From: Tubulanus polymorphus | Taxonomy: Eukaryota; Animalia; Nemertea | Reading direction: 5' to 3' | Length of the DNA stretch: 64,000 bases | Assembly: GCF_964204645.1 (NCBI RefSeq) | Contig: NC_134029.1 | Coordinates: forward strand, 20,826,950 to 20,890,949 | In this document: positions 41,306 to 52,500 of the stretch, one piece after another | How the letters are laid out: the number at the start of each line of letters is the position of its first letter | Position numbering within the stretch: position 1 is the first letter of the stretch | Program-made: the position numbers and the translations under genes | Notes under the pieces: generated by a model | Seen by the model: the letters and a program-made list of their open reading frames with translations, nothing else | Database searches by the model: none | Told to the model about the DNA's origin: nothing

Positions 41306-44300
41306 AATCAGCACGTTCGGCTAAGCTGATGGAGAGATCAAATGGAAATTCAGAAACTGGTCTAACGCATTCCAATATCCGATTAGCGAGTCATGTAGGG
41401 TTTAAGTAGATATAAGTGAGGCAGTTCATCAGTAATTCAATCAGATTATAACTATGAGGCCCCCTGTAATTGAAAATCTTGAGCCTAGAAAAGTTATAAG
41501 GTCTCCGAAAAACAAGATTGAACTAAGATTTCCTGATATCGCCACCAAACCCTGAAAGACTAGATCATACATAATACCCTGGAATAAATACCCTGAAATT
41601 GAAGAGTTTATGATTGAAGCAGCCAAGGGTTTGTCAAGCATAATGTATCTGTGTTAACCCCGACCCACACAAAAGAAGGAAACGGAGGGAAACAGAAACA
41701 TTTTTCCGTTTCTTTTGTGTCGTGTGCATGGTTTCTGGAAACATCGTTTCCAAGATCAAACATGTTTGATTCCGTGTTTCTGTGTCCCTGTTTCCCTGTT
41801 TCCCTGCGTCGTATGAGTGTGTTAGGCCATAACGTTCAATGCTGAGTCTTGGTGAACCGACTGGTATAGAACAGCATAGAGATGTCGATGAGATGATCAA
41901 AAATAGTCCAGAGCTGTCACGCATTCCGCGGGTGTTCAGACATAACGAATAGGAAAATCATTAAATACGAATCTCAGCGGCGCTCCTACGCGGGTAGCGG
42001 TTGCTAACCATCGGATACCCGTCGACGGTCTGTCGGCGTGAGAGGCGGGTCGGAGCCGATCGGAGCAGATCGGAGCATCTGGAAAAATACACGCTTTGAA
42101 AAAACGTTGACGCATTAGTAACCATAGTATCGCGAAACACGCGGTGTTATGCATCGGTAGAATTACTCTCTCTATCTCGCTCGCCGAAGACGCCGAACCT
42201 GAATCATCGTCGCTTGTCAGTCGATGACATCTCTGATCGTCGCTTGAAGTATCATCGGTTATTTGAAAGACACTTGTAACTGTCTACTCCCGACACAATA
42301 TCTTATTGCCTTCGCGATGATCCAAATTAGATACTCCCGCCGGGCACGGCCCTTATTCGTTAAATCGGTGTGTCTCGTATTTTATGGCGGCGTTACCGAC
42401 GGAACGTCTGATTATCCGACGCGCGATATAAATTTCATAGTTCCTCGCTTCGGCGACGGTTCATTAAACACAGCAACCATCAGCGGTATACACGGTTCTC
42501 AATGAAAAAAATTATGCCACATAAAAATAATTGTAATAATTCTTGATGCTCACGCTTGATTTTAAGCAAGTGTTTGAAAAGGTTTCATATATTGGGCTTT
42601 AGTTTTGACGCAGTTGACTAATTTAGCTCCTGTCGCCTAATTCCGCGGGATACCCACTGAGAACGTCGGCTTAAATGAAAGTACACTGTTTTATAGAGCT
42701 GATGGCAGACGTGGCGAGCGAACATCTGCTACAAGATTCAAGGTCGCTAGAACTGTTTCAATCGAATTAGCAGCTTTCCATATACTGGATTGACCAGATA
42801 CGAGTCAGTTCCTCTATCGACGCTCATTTCCAAACGTTTTATCCAATATCCACTGAAAATTTGTCTCTAAATGGATGAACGACTCGGATGTTTACTTAGC
42901 TTTGTGTCACTCCCCCGTCCGTGTTATATATAGAGAATGTACATGCATCGTGTCCATTAGGTGATCACAGTGAAGTGTGTTACTCTGTAATGGTCACTGC
43001 TCGTTGGTCTGCAAGTTTTATTGGTATTTGATGGACGTAGTGACCGTTGATTATGTGATCGCGCATCGAAGATTTGAGGAAGTGGACATGAATTTTACCA
43101 TCTTATTCACACGTCAGGTCACTGGGTGCCTTCCTTGGATCGTTCGTTTTATTTGATTGATATCAGTACTAAATCAGATTGTAAAAGGTATTTGAACTGT
43201 TCTCTGTAATGCCTAACAGATATATCAGCGCCACGACCACCACCCCAGGGGCAGAACTCTGTTCAATTTCATCAACAATGCTGATTGGTGCATTTCAGTG
43301 CGGTAGTGCCCCTTATATTGCCTTTGTGGATATCAAAGTGTCCTGGGATATAACAAGTTCTTCAAAATTGGCCTCTGAATCCGCCCCTGAAAGATAAAAA
43401 AATCTTTACCCAGCCCTGACATCTACACGTGTAAGCAAACACTCGTACTAATGATTCTATAGAGATGTATTAATTTTCATATATTTTCATCAAATCATTT
43501 GCCTAATGTTCAGAGATTGGACGGTGATCTAAATATCACCTGCAATTAATGAAATGAAGAGTTTGCTGTTTGGATGTTACACAGTTCGCTTGCTGTCACG
43601 TCGTTTAAACAAACTCCGATTATCGAGGGAAATGATCAATAATGCATCGCCATCATTGCCATCGGTTTCCATTGTCAAAACATAGTTACGAGAGAGACGG
43701 GTCTCTAATGACTTCAACTGCAGACTTCACGGCCCGATCTCTACAGTTTTTAATGAGTTCTGGAAGCGCTACAACTCGGCGCTGTTCGATGTATACAGCT
43801 GTCTTGATGGTAGATGGGTTTGTCTCTATATATAAGCAGCTGCGATCACGTGGAGCTGATTTTGCCTGGGTCATACCCGAGTCAAATTTGGTGTATTCAC
43901 TCGTAAACACCTCACTGAACAATGCCGTGATAAGGTGTTATGAGTCACGTCCCGGGAACCAGTAAGCATTCAAATGAAATGTTTTGACCAATGTAAAAAT
44001 TTGCAGGCACATTTTGGCACTGTAAACAGTTGGCCTGGGGCTAATATGGCACAGGCCAAGAATGCTTGTGTCCAATAGCTGGAACTGATTTCCAATAGTT
44101 GGTGGTACTCTTGCCAAATAGCCGGTACTCATGTCCAATAGTTGGTACTTGCGTCTAGCGGTTGGTACTTGTGTGCAATAATTAGTGCACATGTACAATA
44201 GCTAGAACTCATGTCCAATAGTTGGTACTTGTGTCCAGTTGCTCGCTATAGAGCACTTGAATGTGATAATTGTTTGAATTTGTCATATATATTAATAACT

Positions 44301-47300
44301 CAATCATATTGATTTTGATGGCACGCAAAATCTACCGCGTCGCATCTCCATTCGTAGACACCAAAGCTGTTGCAAGCCGGTGGAGATGCAGCGACTTCAG
44401 CGCGTACACCGGTCTCAGGCAATTTATCGATAACCGGACTGATGTCTAGTTATATGGATGAATACATTCATATTCATTGAGACCGGAGGCTGTAATAGGT
44501 GACGGTATATATATATAACTATAATGTGACCGCAGTAATGTCTGTCGTTCGTTCGGTGCTAGGAATATTTACATGAAAGCTTGTCCATTAAAGTATTACT
44601 GAATGACTGGTCGTTTATTACCGGCGGCGTTCAGTCTATTTACCAGATACACCAGTGGCTCGTTGATCTTTGATCTTTAAAGCCGATGAACTCGAATCCA
44701 CCTCGCCCGACGACAGTCATTTGAACGATGATGCGCTCTAACGACGTCTGCCGAAATGAAGCGCGTATAGGGTAGCCGATGTTGGCACCCGATACTGATG
44801 ACGTTTTTTCCGAAACGAAAAACAATATAAATCGGTTATCGCTGCGATGATGAGTTAAAAAGGTAATGGCCTGATACGCCATTATGTTACGTGGAATGAA
44901 TTGTAATATGGCTGGAATATGTGCAGTGAGGATGGTGGTGTGAGCAGATTTCCCTGTGGCTGTTTGAGCGTAGCGCAAGCTGTTCGGCTATAATTACGCC
45001 GGTAATTGAACGTTTTACGACTAAAACTCGCGCTGCATTATCGTCGTCGTCGTTCATCTATATAATGTTCGTATGGATGTGACGGTTTCGTAAAAGTTTT
45101 CAAAATCTTATCGCGGAAAATTGATGGAAAAATTGATAAGGCAAATAGAATTGTAGCTTATTAATCCAACGCTCTTACTGACCAATTAGCTTCAATATGA
45201 TGATCCATCTGTCCATTAGTTAGTCCAAAACATACTTGATTCCATTCAATTATTGGTACTCATGTCCAATAGCTGGCACTCATGTCTGAAAGCTGGAACT
45301 TACATCCAATAGTTGGTACTCATGTCCAATAGTTGTACAATATTTAGTACTCATGTCCATTAGCTGGTACTTAAGTCCAGTAGATGTACAAAAGTAGGAA
45401 CTCATCTCAAATAGTTGGTACTCATGTCCAATGGTTGGAACTCATGTCCCATAGCTGGTACTTGCGTCCACTAGCTGGTACTCATGTCCAGCGGTTGTAC
45501 AATATTTAGTACTCATGTCCATTAGCTGGTACTTAAGTCCAGTAGTTGTACAATAGTTGGAACTCATCTCAAATAGTTGGTACTCATGTCCAATGGTTGG
45601 AACTCATGTCCCATAGCTGGTACTTGCGTCCACTAGCTGGTACTCATGTCCAGCAGTTGTACAATATTTAGTACTCATGTCCATTAGCTGGTACTTAAGT
45701 CCAGTAGTTGTACAGTAGTTGTAACTCATCTCAAATAGTTGGTACTCATGTCCAATGGTTGGAACTCATTTCCCATAGTTGGTACTTGTGTCCAGTACTT
45801 GTACCTATAGCTAGTTGCTCATTGGTCTATAGATGGTCCATACATATGATATTGGGAACTCGAAATACATTTGATATTAAATGAAAGAAGATCAGCTTTC
45901 AGCACCCCTGACTATTGTACATGTACATCCAGTAATTACGATACGGCTGAAACTTGATGATACCGGTATCAATGATTTATTCCCCAGTAGATGGAATTTA
46001 AGCAGCAGCGGCTAGTGGATGCGCACCGCGTCAATATCGACGGCAGCAACCGACGCCACTTTCCGTGTTGCGCCGAATTCATTTAGAATTTTGTTTGATT
46101 TAATTAAATCAAGTTGTCGGTTGAGGAATTGCGGACGGACGCATGAAATGAACGCATGCACGGCACGCGGTGTTAGAAATCAATTCATTTCCGAACTTAA
46201 CTATCATCGTTTGTGTCTCGTCGAGTGTTTAACTAAATCAGACTCGGTTACGTTTCGTCTAGACATCCACCGTAATTCATAATAGTTCACTGATCAGCGT
46301 GAATTTTACATCAGAAATATGATGCGGAGTTTCTTTTTTCGCTACTAGCACGCGATACGTCCGGGCGGCTGCCGATATTGCATGCGCTCGTAATCAATTC
46401 ATATTTCAACATATGGAAATTGCTGATTAGCAGAAATTCATCAAGTTCTGATTGATGAATAACTAGCACTCGCCCCGGAGATATGCAATATACAGAGTCA
46501 TCGGTTACATTGTAATCAATCTATTTTGAAATAATTGGGCAAATTCGACTCCTAGGCAAAGCAATGGATTTTTTTTCTAGATAGATGTTTGGTGAAAATG
46601 TTGTTTTCAATGATGATATTGATAATTTTTGCTCATATTTTATCCTGGAATTATTGCTTTTTCTAGAATTGTTAATGGTGCAACATCGGTTAATGAGGCC
46701 AAAGATAGACATTCTTAGAATTACGGAGAACGTTTCAAGGCAAATATGTTAAAAGCCGCTTGAAGTCGATTTTCTCGCATTTCTCTTCGTATCAAACGAT
46801 TTATGCTTTTTCCTAATTGCTATTGATTCGGTGTAATAGCTGTAATGTCTATTTTCGCCTGTAGAGGTGAATTGGAAATGAACGACTGCATTCGAAATCA
46901 GAAATCTGCACGAATGACTCAATTTCTATGTGAATTGATACGTAAGTCGTGTTACATCATTGATGGCTAGCTCCACCTTTAGTGAAGCTACCGTCTATCG
47001 AAATTTTCATCCTGTCAAATTAGCGCTCGTGAAGTTTTGAAGTTTGCACGTGAACTTTCCCATAATGTTGCAACCTCAATAATCGGGATAAGAAGATGTT
47101 TTTCCGTGTCGACATCGGTGGTTGTGGCAATAATTGTAGGTGGACTGCGATCAATAACACTTAACTAGCCTTGTTTCGCTGATATCTGGTGGGAGTTGTT
47201 GACTTCGGCAGCATTAGCAGCACCAGCAGCCAGCAGCCAGCGCCGATATGCAAAGAACGACTCGTCAGGCGGGCGGGCAGGCTTTCATCTCGGTGCGTGT

Positions 47301-49538
47301 TTTTATTTGATTGCGCGGCGAATCGACGCGAAACAGTCGTTTCATTTTCGAAGTCAGCTTCGTTATTTAGCGATGTAAGACGGATCAAAGCTTCCGCGCC
47401 GGGATAACGTGGGCGGACATGAAATAACGCCGCCGCAAACACCGGTGATAATGTTATTCTTATTTCATTCATCGTTCAGTTTTCTCTCTCTTCTCTTTCC
47501 GCTCTTCTCTCTTTTCTTTTCTCTCCTCTTTTCTCTCCCCCTTGTTTTCCCCCTTTTCTCTATCTCCATCTCCCGAATACTTTCCCCTCCCTTACTCGCC
47601 TTTCTCCTCTCCCCTACTCTCTCCCCTCCTCTCACCTCTAATCCCCTACCCTTTCTCTCCTCTCCCCTACTCTCTCTAATCCCCTCCCCTCCCCCTACTC
47701 TCCCTTCTCCCTCCTCTCCCTTCTCCCCTATTCTCCCTCCTCTCTCCTCCCCCTCTCTCTTCCCTAGACTCCCTACTCTCCCATCTCCCCTCCCTCTCTC
47801 CTCTCTCCTATCTCTCGAAATTGAAAACTGATTGGGAATTGCATTTCTTTCTCTGCGGAATAAAGGGGCTTAATTTTCATGTATTAAACGCTCGTGGCAT
47901 GGCCGCCGATCTCTGAGGGGTTGATCAGTTTACCGCTGATCGACGGAGCAATCGTCGACCGAGATTGCCGTTTGAGCGAGTGAAGATCAGTAGCATCATC
48001 GATGAGCGCGCAGTCTTCCAGCGCGATAAACATCATTACATCATCGTCCTCTGAAAACTTCATTTCATTCAATTACGCTTCGAATCTGATATCTGCTCTT
48101 ATAAAACCACTCCATGTAAAAGACTGCCTAAGGCCTTTTCTTAATTACTTGGAGCAGGGGAAAAAAATGGTAGGGCGAACGGGAAAAAGAGAAGACGAAA
48201 AATTTTCTGATTTCAGGCATTTTGAAATGGAAGGGAACAGGGAAAAAAATGAAAATAAAATTTTTTTCATTTTCGTTATTCCAGTGTTGCGATCACATAA
48301 AATCTTGGAAGGACTGGGGAAAAAAACAGGAAAAATGAGTGAAAATTGTGTTGAATTGAATTCAACTGATAGGAAAAATGAATAAAGCTAACCTTTCACA
48401 ATTGATTAGACCGAAAATGAAGACGGAAAGATTTGACATTTTTTTGGGGAAATTCATGACGACATGACGAGTGAATTTGATCTCGGCATTCAGCGAAGAA
48501 TCAAGTTCGCTTCTCATGTTTCGACGCTTTATACTGCGGGAAGAATAACCTCACCGCAACGAGCCAAAAAAAAATACCTAATGCGATGAAATAATGAGAA
48601 TGAAACTATAAATAGAGGTCTTAAGAACGAAGAGGAAATTTCGAATGAGCCGCGCATAAAACTGCAAATGACAAAAGTCATAAGCTCGAGATTTATCATC
48701 GCCGAGGAGCTCAGCATTATCGACCGGTTGACATGTCGTTAATGAACCTGAAAGGATCAATTTTTGAAAATAGCCGATTTCTAATTGATTTATAGCTACG
48801 TGGACTGATATCTGAAAAAGCCATTAGGTTGTTGATAGAACCTGCGAGCTGTTCGACTAACGACTCAGGTGGCGTAAGCTTTGTCCTCCTACATAATAAG
48901 GTTATTATCTCGCTATTATAGTTAATGCTTATATAGAGCCTAGATGAAACCTGTGTTCGATTGTTACTACTGTGGAATAAATATGAATGTCTCCGATTTA
49001 GTTCGGACTGAATATTTTCGCTGGATCCAATTTCGCAAAATGCTTACTTTATCGAGAATTTTCTGTTACTTGATATTTTCGATAGTCGTAGCATTTCAAT
49101 ACGGAAAGATTCCGCTGTAAAAATGTAAAACATGAGTGCGAAAGGTTTCCTTGAATTACAGTTTATTTGGACTTTCAGCTATATCCTAATAGTCAGCTCT
49201 TCCAACACGGACGGAGCGTATCACCAAGATTATTGTAGCATTTTACCTTGATCATGAAACAGGGCCCCGAGATTCTGAATTTTAGCTTTTTAACTGATCA
49301 GAATAAGTATGAGTCGCTGAATCGTTTTTCTCGCTGGATACTAGGTTTCTTACTTGCACAGAAATTTACCTAATTAACTTGTTCTCACCCGAGCCGGTTT
49401 AACAAACTGGTATTACCTTTAACCCGCGGGTTAACTCAATTCATTTTCAATTAAGTTAGCCCCTGGGTTAAAGGTAATACCTGTCTATAAAACCGGCTCC
49501 TCATGTTTAGTTATTCGTTCACACCTGATGATGATCTC

Positions 49539-49585
<47 letters not shown>

Positions 49586-52500
49586 CGAAACATCTATTTA
49601 TACTTTCAATTCTTGTGGAATAAATTTTGCTTTTAACCTTTAAGATTTTGTATGTATTGGGTTTAAAACTTATCTATCTACACTGTCTGCATGTACGGGC
49701 TATTATTCTACTAATATACAATGTCGCGTATTACATCTCGCTTATGCGGTAACCATGGCAGTTTATCGGCGGCATTCCGTCCTTTCCGATGAATGAAAAA
49801 GGTTTATTTCAAACGTTTACATGAATTTCCGCAAACGCGACGAGTATACTACGAACATACTTACAACCCTGCGCGTAAGTCTCAATTAACGTCACCAAAC
49901 GAGAGACTGAAGTCCATAAATATTTAATCATCTTTCGCGACATATTTTGTCAGGCGAGAATGATTTCGTACGATAAAAAAATTTCCTCCGAAAGAATGAC
50001 AAATTACTAGTAGATAGGTAAATACAATAGGCGGTTTTTTTTCTGGGGGCGTAATCCCGATATTTCGAGATGGTAATAAATGAAGTCGGTGATCTGATAC
50101 GACGTAAACGCTGATAGGCATCATCAAAACTCGTAATTAAACTCTTGACAGTTAAGTCATTAAAATCTAGCCTTTAGGCGGAGGCGAAATAACAACGGCG
50201 GACGGCGTTGAACCGGATGAAATGATGAAAATGTCGTCGTTAATAATTTGAAATGAGAAATCGAATTAATATCGCGAACGGTTAATCATTTAGAGAACGA
50301 TTAGTCGTTAATTTCAGCAGACGGATGACGTATTGATCGACCGATCAGTGATTTAATTACATATTGACTATATACACGCGAAATCGTTACATATTTAATC
50401 AACTAGTCAAGAGAAATAGCCGACATCGAATATTCGCGGCTCTCTGTTGTTGGCAGACGGGTTTCCGTATCGGAATTTCGAGTTCGATAAGTGATCGAAA
50501 CGAGGAGTCGATTTCAATTCAGTCAGGATCGGATCCTAGCTATATTCCACCGTATTCTGGAGTTAAGTCGGAAAAATTGTTTGACTAATATGTTTTTTAG
50601 AAGTACCTAGGCACAGAATGCCTCCGATACAAGGAAAATGTGTCATTTGAAAAAAACGTTTTTTTGGGGATGGACCTCCACACTCTTTGATAAGCTACGC
50701 ACCTGCGATGCTTGGGCTACTTCGTCGGGAGATCATTGAGCCATAATTTCTAGGAATGGATTCGCTCCTGAATTCTGCCTTGAATATTTTATGAACCGAT
50801 GATCGGCCGTGTTTCTGAGATGAGGCAATCGGTGTCCAGCAGTACTGACAGTGTCGCCGTCTACTGGTCATGTGCTAATTACCCGAAATAGATTCCGAAA
50901 CTTTCAAGGGCTTGTTTTCTGTTTTTATCCTTGAACGCTTTATGAGCTGCATTAGGCCATATCTCTGGGACGCGATAATGAGTGTCCAGCAGTGTCAACA
51001 GAGTCGCCATCTACTGGTCATGTTCTAATTACCCGAAATAGATTACGCGAAACTTTCCGGCGCTTGTTTTCTGGTTTTATCTCTGAAGGCAGACGCCGGT
51101 TTTTTACGAAGAACACAACGAAACCCCCTACGTTCGGAATCATATACGTTGCCGTGGTTACGGTTATAAAAAGAAATAAAACGTCAGATCGGCCCTTGTT
51201 CTTTTTCCTCTTCACAGACGTCATTTTCTACCGGCTGTATATTGTAATATATATGTTAATTGACTCATCGATTTATTACGCGTGACAGTTATTCTATATG
51301 TATCTACGAAATTGGATTAATATATGTCCGTTTATGGGGTTTATGTCTTATGTCATCAATCATACGTTTTAAATAGTGACCACTTACACTGCACTCGTGA
51401 CAGCGTCAATCTATCATACAAAACAAATTGCAATATTCAATGCTTTCCCTTTTGTGCGAAAGGTTATTTCAGGGAGTTCGAACTTCGGTTATCGCGGTTA
51501 GTCGACTATTTTTGAAGTTAGTAAAACCGAATGTCGGTCGGTCGGAACCGTAGTCCGGAAATGGATGATCGTGGAATTGAGCGCGGTCACTGTAGTTCGA
51601 ACCTAATTCCAAAAATGGCCGACGTGTGAAATGTGTTAAGACCGAACTATAGCGCGTTCGTTTATTAGCTCCAATCACTGGTCGACTAACTGTGATAATG
51701 AAGTTCGACCAAAGGTTGGAAGTAGGTCCTGAACAGGGGCGGATTCTGAGGGCAATTTTGAAGGACTTGTCACATCATCCCAATTCGGGACTTTGATGTC
51801 CATAAGGCATTATTGTGTGTACCCCCGCACTGAGGGGCCAGTTTTATAGACTTGTCGCATCCCAAAAGGGCACTTTATCCACAAAGGTAATAAAAGTGGC
51901 ACTCCGCACTGAAATATACCAATCATCTTTGTTGACAAAGTAGAAAAGGGCACTCTCACAAGTCCCCCTGGATCCGTCCCTGCTATACTAGCAACATGAG
52001 GACCCACTTAGTTTAGAATTTACGAAGTCATATCTAACTCAAAACTGTTGAACCTACGTACGTCAAACATCATTATTTCACTGAATCATTCTAAATAGTT
52101 TTTGTTCTATTTTATAGATATCAGGACGTACAAGGTATTGGTCGAAGATTACGATATCATGACATCGAAATACAGAGTTAAGCATATTCAAGATGAACGC
52201 AGTAAGTACACGTGCCGGTAGAGTTTTCGGTACCGGTATTGAAAACGCATTCCCTCAGGAAATTAATAAAAACTTGAAAACTTATTGGCCATACAAACCG
52301 GTAGATTTTTGTTGATATCATTCTCCGACCTTATTACGTCCGGCGTGGCACTTACCGATATTAAAGAGATGTTTGAAAAGAAATTGTCGATGTCATTTCA
52401 GTGATTAAAACGTATTTCGTGATCAGAAAGAAAGGCGAAGGCGAAAACGACGTTAGCGTAAAGGTAAGTGGCTTTTGTGTGAATCATGGTCCGCAATTGG

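Larger units (their letters stand above)
17954..52117 (+). other. 34.2-kb phase-1 intron of ADCY9
   Basis: Donor GATG|GTGAGT at 17953/17954; next acceptor continuing the C1 domain is TTTATAG|AT at 52117/52118; no credible cyclase coding sequence between. Confidence 0.85.

Noticed and set aside
41025-41409. YIYIYI ORFs
   Set aside because: Translations of (TA)n.
47409-47831. 140-aa Leu/Pro/Ser ORF
   Set aside because: Translation of the polypyrimidine tract.
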